A stretch of DNA of 64,000 nt from Leucoraja ocellata (GCA_036785375.1 JAWMAR010000098.1:4154001-4218000), one strand, 5' to 3'; shown: positions 12,672 through 24,726, counted from the first letter of the stretch. Numbers and translations are program-made. Notes: generated by a model from the letters alone, not told the origin.

Positions 12672-12780
12672 TTGTTTACAGCTCTCAACTTGCATGCAAG
12701 ATACAAAAAGATTGATTTTTGCCAGGCATGGATAATCAGTCCAGCTTATCTTAACTTTATCCTTCCTTTGTTGTAGACAG
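12672..12780 (+). repeat. Left arm of a ~109-bp inverted repeat (partner at 13885-13993)
   Basis: Reverse complement of 13885-13993 with about 10 differences, counted by eye. Confidence 0.93.
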
Positions 12781-13682
12781 CCCCAGTGACCTGGTTCAAT
12801 TCTGACCTCAGCTGCTGTCCATGTAGAGTTGTATGGATTTGAGTATAGGAGCAGGGAGGTTCTACTGCAATCTTCCTGCATCTACTGCAGTTGTTCTAAA
12901 GACATTCTTGCCGTAGAGGGAGTACAGAGAAGGTTCACCAGATTGATTCCTGGGATATCAGGACTTTCATATGAAGAAAGACTGGATAGACTCGGCTTGT
13001 ACTCGCTAGAATTTAGAAGATTGAGGGGGGATCTTATAGAAACTTACAAAATTCTTAAGGGGTTGGACAGGCTAGATACAGGAAGATTGTTCCTGATGTT
13101 GGAGAAGTCCAGAAGAAGGGGTCATAGTTTAAGGATAAGAGGGAAATCTTTTAGGACCGAGATGAGAAAAACATTTTTCACACAGAGAGTGGTGAATCTC
13201 TGGAATTCTCTGCCACATAAGGTAGTTGAGGCCAGTTCATTGGCTATATTTAAGAGGGAGTTGGCTCTTGTGGCTAAAGGTATCAGGGGGTATGGAGAGA
13301 AGGCAGGTACAGGATACCGAGTTGGATGATCAGCCATGATCAAATTGAATGGCGGTACAGGCTCGAAGGGCCGAATGGCCTACTCCTGCACCTATTTTCT
13401 ATGTTTCTATGTTTCTATGTACTTTCTCTCTGTGGCTGTAAAGGGTTTCCCATATGTGCTCTGGTTTCCTCCAACATCCCAAAGGTGTGCCGGTTGGTTG
13501 GTCAATTGTCCATTGTCAATTGTCCCTTTGTATACAAATGGGTGGAAGAATCCAGCAGGATTGACGGGAAGGTGGGAGGAATAGGTTTACAGGGAAAATT
13601 ATTGGGAGAATGGGATTGTTATGATGATCCGGCACAGATGCAATGGGTCAAAATGGCCTTTAATTGTTGTACGGAAGTATGG
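12777..13682 (+). mobile_element. Old V-SINE-type element split by a CR1 insertion
   Basis: Head (ctggttcaattctgacctc..tgctgtc) at 12777-12834; body and tail (gggtttcc..gctctggtttcctccaacatcccaaag) resume at 13421. Confidence 0.75.
12835..13420 (+). mobile_element. Young CR1 fragment with an internal deletion and filler
   Basis: ORF 12829-13329 encodes the CR1 RT C-terminus; tail (TTTCTATG)n. Confidence 0.96.
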
Positions 13683-13884
13683 AAAGATGAAATGTGTTCT
13701 CGTGCTGTAAGATAACTTGACTCATAACATTCACTACAATTCAATACTTTTGAAGTACAGGAAATGACCCCTGGAATTTGTTTAATGATTGGGGTAAAAA
13801 ATCAAATCAATTTGCACTAAATTATTTACGAAAATATTACTAATAGAGATATTATGTTTCTGAGAGGGCAAGGTTTTCTCTTTA

Positions 13885-13993
13885 CTGTCTACAACAAAGG
13901 AAGGGGAAAGTTAAGATGAGCTAGGACGATTATGCATGCATGGTAAAAATCAATATTTTTGTATCTCGCATGCAAGTTGAGAGCTGTAAACAA
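13885..13993 (-). repeat. Right arm of the ~109-bp inverted repeat
   Basis: Complementary to 12672-12780. Confidence 0.93.
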
Positions 13994-16900
13994 ATCCATT
14001 CTGGAGAAGAATCAGGTCAGAGTACAAAAGTGGATGTGGGTACCTTCGTTAACGTACGGGTGTTGTGGTGGAATCTCACCATCAAATTATCATTCTGACT
14101 TCTCTGGAATTTAAAAAAAACTTTTGTGAAGTTTCATTACAGTTCGGAAGAAATACGACATAAGTGTCCCATTCACCACAGGTGCTGATATGCTGCGCTG
14201 ATACAGCAGGGGTATAGGAATCATTATCGGTATATTACTGCGTGATCCTACTAAAACTCTCAATGTGTTCGAATACCTCCATTTGCCATCTGTGAAACAA
14301 AGCAGGCATCTTTTTTTAAGTGAGACTATAAAAGCGAGTAAAGTCACAAGTACTTGGAATAGATACTGTCCAATCACACATGGTTAATGGTTTAGTTGAG
14401 TTTGTTAGGATTCCTTTAGAAAACAAAGAACGAGCTTCCATTTTAAACAGGCTTGGAATCATCTCAATACTCCAGAGGGCATTTCAATCAATCATATGCC
14501 AGCAGCAGTGCATGCATTTATTTAAGAAGTTAGGAATATTAGAACAACGGAACCTGGCAAATCTGCCATAATACACTGGCCAGTTTTACAGTGGTTATTC
14601 TTGGCAAATAAAAATGCGGCAATGGATGAAGATATGGTACTTTCTCCTTGTGTTCATCGGCATCATTCATTCTTACACTGGATTTTAAAAAATAAAAGCT
14701 ATCTTTTAAGATCGCAAAAGCAGGTTAACGGGCAGATTTATGGCACTCAATAATCTACATGATCAGTTAAACAGTAACCTCAGAATTGCATCCAGGAGAA
14801 CCTCTCTTCCCTGTATGGCAGAATGCAAGTCCCATAGTGATTGACCTTTATGTATTAATAAAATCAACTACCAGCAGCCATGTAACTATCGGGTGGTTCT
14901 CAGAGAATGCCAAGCTTATGTCCACACATCTGCCATACACATGTGGACTCACTGTGTGTCAAGATTCTTAAATGTTAACTGTTTGCACTATCGTTGGATT
15001 TATTCGATATTTCACTGACACCGAGCAAATATCTTATCAAATTCTTGTCTGCAAGCTGAAGAAAGAAACAGAATTTGTAATCTGGGCCAATTAAGATATA
15101 TTAATAAGTTTGTTGAATTTGGAATATTGGCTGTCTTGATGTTTTGATCCAAATATCAATATCAGCAAGAAGATGAATGATTTCCAACATTCCTGGGGGG
15201 AAAGAGTGGTTGAGGAATACATCCTTCTTTCTGCGTGGTTGTTAATCCATTAATGTGTTTGTGGCATTGCAGTGATTGCGGCTGTGATCCATGGTGCTCT
15301 GGTATAAGGCGACATGTGCCTGATAGTGTGTGGAGCAGCGAAGACTAGCTCACGGATTGTGAAAATGTTTCACTGTTTCAGAATGCTCGCAGATGAAAGA
15401 TGGACACGATTAAAAGGTGAAGTCTCTTGCCATTTACAGATTTTGCGGGACGTGTTATTTATTTGCTAATTATAAAAGCAGCAATTGGTAAAATACATTT
15501 TACAGGTAGATAAGACATGTGCTAATGATTCCCAACCAACCTACCACTAATGATATAAAGGATAAAGTGATCAGAAACATAGCATTATTGGCACACTGGA
15601 TAACATGAGTTTGTATTGTCCAGTATATTTCCATTGTTTATTTTATTTGTTGCATCATGTAGATTACAAGCATCAGAATACTTGTTTCTTTATCAATAGT
15701 TGCAGTATTATCTGCCACATACCTTTGCTGGATAAATGTCACTGGCTTTTGGCCAGATTATCTAGTTTGAGTGTCATTGGGGGAAAAGCAAAAGACATGA
15801 TCTATCTTGCACTGGTGAGTTATGGCTGGTGCTGGCAGATCATGAAGCAGCACTGATGGTGGTCAAAGAGATGCCCGGTGTCCAAATGATCCCAGCCTGC
15901 CAACTATAGGATATGAGCTTTCAGTCTGGAAGAGAACAAAATGAGAGAAGGAAAACAAATAAAATAAGATAAATCTCCACAATTTAAGTACACATTCCTT
16001 ATCTGCAAGCCCTCTGAAACATATTAACAAATACATACTCTTAAAAAATCTCTATCAAAGGATAAAGAGCAATACAGCAAAGGTTTAACGTTGAGTACCC
16101 TGTTAATCCTCATCTGCTAAAGTATACAAAGTACATCAGTTATAAAGCTGACTAGCTTGCACAGATAGAACAGGTGTGTTCCAAAAGAAGATCAGTTTTT
16201 TAAAAAGTTGTGGGATATGCATTTTTAGTTATTTCAATGCAATTATGAACTAGAAAACTTTCTGTGATTTTATCTTTCAACTCAACTAACAACAATGCCT
16301 GAAGAAGAACATGTATGGGCTTTAATCCGACTGAAAAGCTGGAGTGATTTTAGGTAGATTCAATCCCCAAAATGGACCCTTGCAAAAATCTGGCTTCCAC
16401 AGTATGCAGCCTTGGCTAATTCACACTGCCATACTCAAAATTGCTTCTGCCAGCTTGCTTTGTTCAATATTGTTTTTGTTTTCATTTTAATTAAGAAATA
16501 TGGTTGCAGTCCCAGATCTGAAGGGAAACACAGTAACACAGATCTGTTTTAACTGAGCAATTCTTCGAGAAAAAGTGTTAATGAAGAATTTCACTATAGC
16601 CTTCATTATAGTAGCATTATGCTTTCGTTATCTTGAATAAAAGAAATATTATTGTTAAAAAAAAAACAATTTAAGAGGATTTAAGTTTCATGAATAAAGT
16701 TAGTCAAATTTAATATATATTGCAATTAAAATATATTATTCTGTTTAAGTGATTTTGAGCAGATATCATACTGATTTCTAGTTTACAAACTGATTCTCAA
16801 AACCAGCCAAAGCAAAGCAGGCATTCAAAATATTTCAAACATTATCATAAGCTGCACCTAATAATTACCAAGTATTTATAATCAAATGAAGTCTCCCTGT

Positions 16901-19896
16901 TTCATGAACAGGGGATTACATTAAGTTTATTAATAGAAAAGATTCATTTTGTATACAGATTTGAATCTCTAAACCATTGCAAATTGCAAAGTTGAAGCTT
17001 TCTATAAATTAAGTGTGTGCAGAGGAGATGATATTCAATAAAATACTTTAACCCCAGATCCAAAAATCAAATATACTTGACATTTTTCAACAATACAAAT
17101 GCAGTGTTCACATCTGCAATAGCAAATAAAAGGGTTAAAACATTTTAAAGCAAATCATTTCTGCCAATGCACTAGCCTCCATCTCTCTTCAACCCATGTT
17201 TTATCACTGAAAATGTTTCCATAGTTTTACCAACATAAAACTTGTTTTGATCATCAGAATATAAATTTGATATTTTTAGAATTATTTTTTCTGCAAATTA
17301 TTCTTACTACTTTTTAAATTCTATCTCCTTGTAAAACCAGATCATTAAACAATCTGAAACTATCATAAATGATATAGTTCTACATTGTTTTTAACACCTA
17401 TTGCATGTGAATCCTATGAATTATGAAACTTCAGTATTTTATCCTGAATTTTATTTCCCTATTCAATAATTTCAGTGATGTCAGACCACAGACATCATTA
17501 AAACCTACATTTTCAGTAATTTTTCTACCTATTTTTAAACTCAGACAGATCATGCCTCTATTGAGAAGAAAACAATTTGAACCTCAGAATTCCAGTGCAT
17601 TAAATTAAGCTACCGAATTTCCTAAAGATAGTTCTTAAATCGACAACAAAATAGACTGAACGTGGGTACTAAACTGTATGTGGTGAGGTCGGGGATTCTC
17701 TATTTCAAAGGATGTTGTGGGGGAGTGGAGTCAGGAGCAAGGATTCATTTACCCACGAAAATATTTTGGAAAAATAACCCATAAAATACTTCCTCACAGT
17801 ACTAAATACTCTATTGATTGCTTCCCAAGTAAACGAGTAACAATTTATTTTTTTAACCCACTCATGAGGGGTAAATAAATAATTAAATGTGTTCTCACAT
17901 ATCTCAGTTCCACAACTATATACACATCTACATGTAACATTGTGAGCAACTACTTTCCACCGTGTGTCATCTGTTAAGGCTTCTTTTTAAATGAAGGATA
18001 GGAAATGTATAAAATGTAAGGTAGGATTAAACTAATTTGATTCTTTTCACTTTTAACATGCAGTCTGCAACAGTATTTAATAAATTCTGTTTCAATAACT
18101 ATGTTTAAAGTTAATTTAGAACCAAGCTGGCACGCAGCCATAATCTGTTTCTTATATAATTTGCGTTATGATACAATGATATTCAATGCACACAAATTAA
18201 ATAACTATAGCTCCTAGAACAATTCCAATCTTAATGCAGAAAAAGAATGACGCAGGCTATTTCATATTTTCACGCAAGTAATTTGCTATCTTTAATAGTA
18301 ACCAATCCCTTGATTACAGTTAGTAATAAGATTTTCCTACAAAGTTTTTCTCAATGTTTTAAAGCTTGTTCCCAGTTTAACATAATTTGATATTGTTCTA
18401 TTATTTGAATGATATTGCAAAAACTAAAATATAATTTCAAACTAATCAGAAATAATATGTAATAAAATTGGTTCCATTGATTTTTATAAAATCTTTGGCA
18501 ATATTGATTTTTCTATTCAAAATTTTTTTTCGTGAATTTCTGAAGCTTAATTTTCATGATTTTACTGCCATGCAATTAGTTGAGTAACAAGTAGGCAAAT
18601 TTAGGAAATATATTAGGTTTTGCTGAACTGTATATGAAAATGTTTGCAATAAGGTTGTAAATGACAACAAAGATTCAGGTGGCAGGGAATTTTGTGCAGT
18701 AATATTTACTACTTAACTATCATTGGGATGATAAATTGTGAAGAAAAAGTTAAAAAAAAACAGTATTGTCTAGCAATTCATCATGTCAGTAGCACTCATA
18801 TTATATTTGTATCAGAGCATATTCTGCATCCGAAATTCATTCTATTGACAATAATGTCTGTAGACTGTGTTAGGTCCACCCGACTGCGATGAAATTTCCA
18901 ATTATCCATTTGTTGCAAAGTTAAAAGAAAAGTTGCATTCTGAAGGGCCAGCTTTAGTGATAGAAAAAGTGACGAGTCATCAGCTTTCTGCTTTAATGAA
19001 CCATCTACCTCCACATCGACTAGTGAGTGCAATTAAAAGCAGAAACCTGGAACTTGCTCTGATTTGTCCTGCTCATTCACGGGCCTTGTTAAACCGATAC
19101 CTTGCCAATAGACTTCCCATTCAAAGTGCACAAGGGCATGAATTTGCAACATTCACATACTAGTTTCTCACTGAAGTGACAGCCAAACAATTTATCTGGC
19201 CCTGAACACTAAAAGGTTTTTGCATACCCATTTCTTCAAATGAACAAAACAGTATTTCTTTTGGTTTTTGCTTTCTATTTCTTTTAATCTTTTATTTTTG
19301 GAATATAATTTCACATTGAATAAAGTATTCTTAAGGGATTAAAGGTAAATTAAAATGACAAAGACGGACAGGCATTCTGATCATACAAGTTTGTCTTCAT
19401 TTTACATGAAGTTTGGATAAATATTGAGTAATTTTATGTTTTGAGCATATTATTCAAAAATACATTTCCTTTTGAATATGTGTTCAGTTGCTAAAAGCCT
19501 AAGAAGGAGCATTGATTGTAATCTAATTCATTCTTCCTGCCTTGGACTCTGATTGGCACCTGAGGATCCTTTAAGGCCGTTAGGATATGAAGTAAAGGTT
19601 TAGCCTCTCCTGTTCCAACATCATTGATGTGCAAAAGCACAACAACAAAAAAGGACTTTAAAAAGGGAGCAAATTGATGTCAATGAATGGACAGGAATTC
19701 CGGGGGAAGTTTTAGGTATTATAAAAGTTATACGTGGTTTTTTAGCATTAATTACAAATCTAAACCATTTCCTATTTTATTATATTTCAGCGCTAGTCCA
19801 TAACTAATGGCCAGCAATTTATTTTAACATTTTATGCACCGCAAGGCAATCAGAAATGCAAGATTCAGGCAAACACTAACAGATTACAAAAAAAAA

Positions 19897-19988
19897 GATG
19901 CAAAGTGCTGGAGTAATTCAATGGGTCAGGCAGTATCTGTGGAGAACATGGATAGGTGATGTTTTGTGTCAGGACACTTCGTCAGACT
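19897..19988 (-). mobile_element. Penelope-terminus-like repeat with a variant hammerhead stem II
   Basis: Minus strand GT-CTGACGA-A-GTGTC-CT-GACAC-AAAA-CA-TC-ACCT. Confidence 0.75.
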
Positions 19989-20274
19989 CAATGTATATAC
20001 GGGTTTGATAACAAAATTGGGATTGTTACTGCGTGAGCGGAGTGTTGTGCGTTCAGAGAGAGGGAGATTGAATTGGGTAAGGGGGGGGTGGAGACATTAA
20101 GATGTGTCATGCCGCGTTGGCAGTAGGAAATAAAAAAGTCCAGGGAGGATAGAAGACCGGCAGGGGGAGTTATGAAGATAGAAGAGCTTGGCACTGGGAG
20201 GTGAGAAATTTCTTTCATCAACATGAGTGGAGATACTTTTGAAGCAGGATGCAGTTTTGGACTCCAAATTTGAT

Positions 20275-20461
20275 TGTGTGCAGTTTTGGTCTCCAAATTT
20301 GAGGAAGGACATTCCTGCTATTGAGGGAGTGCAGCGCAGGTTCGCGAGGTTTATTCTCAGGATTGCAGGACTATTATATGTTGAAAGAATGGAGTGACTG
20401 GGCTTGTATACTCTGGAATTTAGAAGGATGAGAGGATATCTTATTGAAATATATAAGATTA
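20275..20461 (+). mobile_element. CR1 fragment, 5' part (interrupted by a Helitron)
   Basis: CVQFWSPNLRKDI...LYTLEFRRMRGYLIEIYKI; the frame resumes at 22406. Confidence 0.93.
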
Positions 20462-20769
20462 CTAGACTAAGTGGGACCCGTTGGGTCCCAGCATCACACA
20501 GAAGGGCTGGTCATCCAACACAATATTCCACCTCTCCACCAATTCTAATATTGGTGGCCAGTTGGGGGGGGGGGGGGCTTTCTGGAGCACTAGTATGGGT
20601 GTTGTGGGCTGAAGGGACTGGTTTCCAGAGGGCTAGTATGCAAATTGTGTGCCAAATGGATTCTTGGGCTGGCGTCTCAGTCAATCAAGCCTGTTGTGCT
20701 GGCAACTCACTCACTCACGGCTGGTGGGCTGGTAGTTGACTCACGGCTAATCCTTGAAATTCTATTTCG

Positions 20770-20888
20770 AGCAGGGTATAAGGCCACCAAATTCAAGTGC
20801 AGTTTCTTACCACTTCTAGCAGGGTGCAAGGCCACCAAATTCAAGTGCAGTTTCATACCATTTGAAGTAGGGTGCAAAGCCACTAAAG
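20770..20888. repeat. Tandem repeat of about 50 bp, 2-3 copies, inside the Helitron
   Basis: gcagggtg.aaggccaccaaattcaagtgcagtttc repeated. Confidence 0.9.
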
Positions 20889-21067
20889 ACAGCGAGTCAT
20901 GACCTCTCCCTCCTCCATCTTGCAGAGACTGAGCCACACCCACATTTTCGGGTTTTATAACCCCATGCAGAGGGGGACTGAGTAAGATGGCCAAAAATCA
21001 CAGCCGTAAGTGGCAGCGTTTTATCTAAAATCAATATACAGTGCAAACAGGAAGTAAGTGCATTTAC

Positions 21068-21570
21068 AGTAGTGCCTTTTAACTTCAAGCCAAAGCACCC
21101 AAGCCACCATTTGCAGTAAGTAGTGCATTTCAACTTCATGCCATCATTTGCAGTAAGTACTGCCTTTCAACTTCAAGCAAATGCACCCAAGCCACCATTT
21201 GCAGTAAGTAATGCCTTTTAACTTCAAGCCATTGCATCCAAGCCACCATTTGCAGTAAGTAGTGCCTTTCAACTTCATGCCACCATTTGCAGTAAGTGGT
21301 GCCTTTCAACTTCAAGCCACACCCAAGCCACCATTAGCAGTAAGAGGTGCCTTTCAATTTCAAGTCAAAGCTCCCAAGCCACCATTTGCAGTAAGTAGTG
21401 CCTTTCAACTTCAGGCCAAAGCAACCAATCCACCATTTGCAGTAAGTAGTGCCTTTCAATTTCATGCCACCATTTGCAGTAAGTGGTGTCTTTCAACTTC
21501 AAGCCACACCCAAGCCACCATTTGCAGTAAGTATTGCCTTTCAATTTCAAGACACACCCAAGCCAAGCCA
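21068..21570. repeat. Minisatellite, about 10 copies of 37-52 bp, inside the Helitron
   Basis: Core gccaccatttgcagtaagtagtgcctttcaacttca. Confidence 0.95.
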
Positions 21571-21614
21571 ACCGGGGGGGGGGGGGGAGCTTTCTGGAGC
21601 GCTAGTATGAACCA

Positions 21615-22047
21615 TTTTAGAACCAATGGACATTTTTTTGCAAGCTTTAGAACCAATAGAGACACATTTTGCAAGTTTTAGAACCAATAGACATTTTTTG
21701 CAAGCTTTAGAACCAATGGACATTTTTTTGCAAGCTTTAGAACCAATAGACATTTTTTGCAAGCTTTAAAACCAATAGGCATTTTTTTTGCAAGCTTTAG
21801 AACCAATAGACATTTTTTGCAAGCTTTAGAACTAATAGACACTTTTTTTGCAAGCTTTAGAACCAATAGACATTTTTTGCAAGCTTTAGAACCAATAGAG
21901 CCAATTTTTGCAAGCTTTAGAACCAATAGACATTTTTTGAAAGCTTTAGAACCAATAGACATTTTTTTCAAGCTTTAGAACCAATAGAGACACTTTTTGC
22001 AAGCTTTAGAACCAATAGACACATTCTGCAAGCATTTTAGAACCACT
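21615..22047. repeat. Minisatellite, about 15 copies of 29-31 bp, inside the Helitron
   Basis: Unit ttttgcaagctttagaaccaatagaca. Confidence 0.97.
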
Positions 22048-22405
22048 AAGGGCACTTACATTTGAGTCGACATGTGTTCAGTGTTATTCACAGCTCAGAG
22101 AAACGTGACCCTCTGCCTTCCTCCATCTTGAAGAGACTGTGTGGCACACCACTTCCTGGTTTTATAGTCCCTTCCCCCTGCCACCAGCGGGGGCAGCAGA
22201 GAGAATGGGGAATTTTGTAAAAACATTAATATCTCTGTCATTTTTAATCGACGGGAAAAATCCTCAGCACACATGCAGCGGACCATTTGCAGTCTCTGAG
22301 CAAGGTGGCTAAAAAATGGCGGACGTAGGTGGCAGCATTCTCTCGGAAATCACAGCAAAGATGGCCAAAACTGGTCAAGAACAGACTTTTAGTAATATAG
22401 ATAGA

Positions 22406-22759
22406 TAAAGGGATTGGACAAGCTAGAGGCAGGAAACATGTTCCCAATGTTGGGGTGTCCAGGACCAGAGGCCAAAGTTTAAGAATAGGGGTAGGCCATT
22501 TAGAACGGAGATGAGGAACAACTTTTTCGCCCAGAGAGTTGTGAATCTGTGGAATTCTCTGCCACCAAAGGCAGTGGAGGCCAATTTTCTGGATGCTTTC
22601 AAGAGAGAGTAAGATAGAGCTCTTAAAGATAGCGGAGTCAAGAGACATGTGGAGAAGGCAGGATGGGGTACTGATTGTGGATGATCAGCCATGATCACAA
22701 TGAATGGCAGTGCTGGCTCGAAGGGCCGAATTGCCTACTTCTGCCCCTATTGTCTATTG
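22406..22759 (+). mobile_element. CR1 fragment, 3' part
   Basis: Continues the frame from 20461; ends cctattgtctattg. Confidence 0.94.
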
Positions 22760-23095
22760 ATGGACCAAAAATGTCTAGTGTACTACATGTTAGATACTAA
22801 CCTGATGAATCCGAATTTGCTATATTATAAAAATAAAGTTTTAGGAATGAACAATCGTAGGAGGGGTAATAGAAGAACATTTGGATAGAGGCAGAAATGG
22901 ACTCACCAAAGCAGAATAAATTGCCAACCATATAATTAAGCACCAGAATATAAAAGATACTGAAGAAAAAATACTTGTTATAAGTTTAATCAAACATAAC
23001 TTATGTATGGTGAAACTATCTTTGCATGTTTAATGCCTATAATGTGAGAATGAAGGACATAGTCAGTTCATTCCCATCAGATTCCTGTTGGGTCA

Positions 23096-23362
23096 GTTTA
23101 GATTAGTTTGGTTCAGAGATACAGCGCAGAAGCAGGCCCTTCAGCCCACCGAATCAGCACCGACCAGTGATCCCTGCACATTAACACTATCCAACACACA
23201 CTAAGGACAATTTACATTTATACCAAGCCAATTAACCTGCAAACCTGTACGTCTTTGGATTGTGAGAGGAAATCGACGATCTTGGAGAAAACCCACGCAG
23301 TCACGGGGAGAACTTACAAACTCCATACAGACAGCACCCGTAGTCAGGATCGAACCCAGGTC
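23096..23362 (-). mobile_element. HE1/V-SINE-type SINE
   Basis: Reverse complement of the SINE body, from the tail to the B-box (ggatcgaaccc). Confidence 0.93.
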
Positions 23363-24062
23363 ACGTTTGGATTCAATTAATTTGTCGTGGCATCACTAAA
23401 AAAAATCTGTTTTACCACATTGATTTATTGCACACGAGAGGGGCCATTTCACCACTGGGTTTAGAGGTCTAGCAAAGGTAAACAGTCCCAAAATGGAGTT
23501 TCTTTCATGGAGAAGGCAAAATCTGAAGCCCACCTCACCTCCACATTCAAGGTGTTTAAGGATTACTGCAGATGGATGATAAATGCTCAAACTTGATTGC
23601 ATACACTCTGTATGATGGTCAGTCTTACAAACGAGACAATAGAATATGACATGAGAATTGCTTCCATGGGGTGGTATATTGCTTTAACCATCTATCAAGT
23701 GGCTGAGGTAAATCTGGTCGCCTAATGGACACTATTTTGAAGGTTTGGGGTATTATTACATTTTAATCTAAAATTAGAATGAGTGGCTTTCAAACTAATT
23801 AGGCTTGCTACTGATAATAACTCACAAAGGAATCTGTAGAGTGTGTTACAGTTTCAGTACATCACAAATGTTTTACGGGATTCATATGAAAGCTGCTTAC
23901 CATGGGGGTCATTGTGCTGAACCAAATCCATGCATCAGGCTTGCCCCAACCCCCAACCCCCAGCCCTCTCCTATGGCCACAATAACCTTTTGTGGAAGCT
24001 AATCTACAAGCTAGAGTGTTCTGCATGTGCCAATCAGATATCATGTCCTAAGGAATCCTTTG

Positions 24063-24369
24063 GGGTGGCAAGGTGGCGCAGCGGTAGAGTTGCTGCTTTC
24101 CAGCGCCAGAGAGCTGGGTTCAATCCTGACTACGGGTGCTGTCTGTACGGAGTTTTTACATTCTCCCTGTGACCACGTGGGTTTTCACCAGGTGCTCCGG
24201 TTTCCTCCCAAAGTTCCAAAGACGTGCAACTTGGTAGGTTAATTGGCTTTGATAAAATTGTAATTCGTCTCTAGTGTGTAGGAGAGTGCGAGCGCGCGGG
24301 GATCGCTGGTCGGTGGGGCTGATGGGCATGTTTCCACGCTGTATCTCTAAACTAAACTAAACTGAACTA
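24063..24369 (+). mobile_element. Full-length HE1/V-SINE-type SINE
   Basis: A-box tggcgcagcgg, B-box ggttcaatcc, V-domain core and (TAAAC)n tail. Confidence 0.96.
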
Positions 24370-24573
24370 GAGCGCCCTATCTAACCTCCCCTTCACTCTC
24401 ACCACCAGACAATCCTGATGCTCAACTCTAGCTCTTCATAAGTCTGATATCAGTCACATGTAAACCAGGTTCAAATAAATATACTTCAATTAAAACATAA
24501 TGAGTAATTAAAATGTAAATTAATTTAAAACATTATTGCTAATTAAAATATCAACAAAATGAAAATGGCTCAC

Positions 24574-24726
24574 CTTTCCCATCCAGGCCAGCAAATGTAA
24601 AACAAGGAGCCAGATACGAAGTGTATCCAGCGCCAAGAACCTCCATCGACCGCATGGTGACTCTCAGGATAGAGCAAGAGGTCAAATGTCCCAACGCCTG
24701 TCCTCCAGCATGGTCTCACTTCTTCA
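24574..24726 (-). other. Candidate 153-nt exon of an unidentified gene
   Basis: Acceptor ctctcatgcttgtacattgcag|, donor AAG|gtgagc, length divisible by 3, open in phase 2-2, more GC-rich than its flanks. Confidence 0.4.

Larger units (their letters stand above)
20462..22405 (-). mobile_element. Non-autonomous Helitron (1944 bp) with internal minisatellites
   Basis: Minus strand starts A|TCTATCTATATTACTAAAAG and ends GGGACCC-AAC-GGGTCCC-acttagt-CTAG|T; no TSD; removing it restores the CR1 frame YKI-IKGLDKLEAGNMFPMLG. Confidence 0.92.

Noticed and set aside
21262-21978. Repetitive ORFs (KKCLLVLKLA..., PPFAVSSAFQ...)
   Set aside because: They are translation by-products of minisatellites on both strands.
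21615-22047. CRISPR-like periodicity of about 30 bp
   Set aside because: The units are contiguous with no unique spacers, there are no cas genes, and the context is eukaryotic; it is a minisatellite inside a Helitron.
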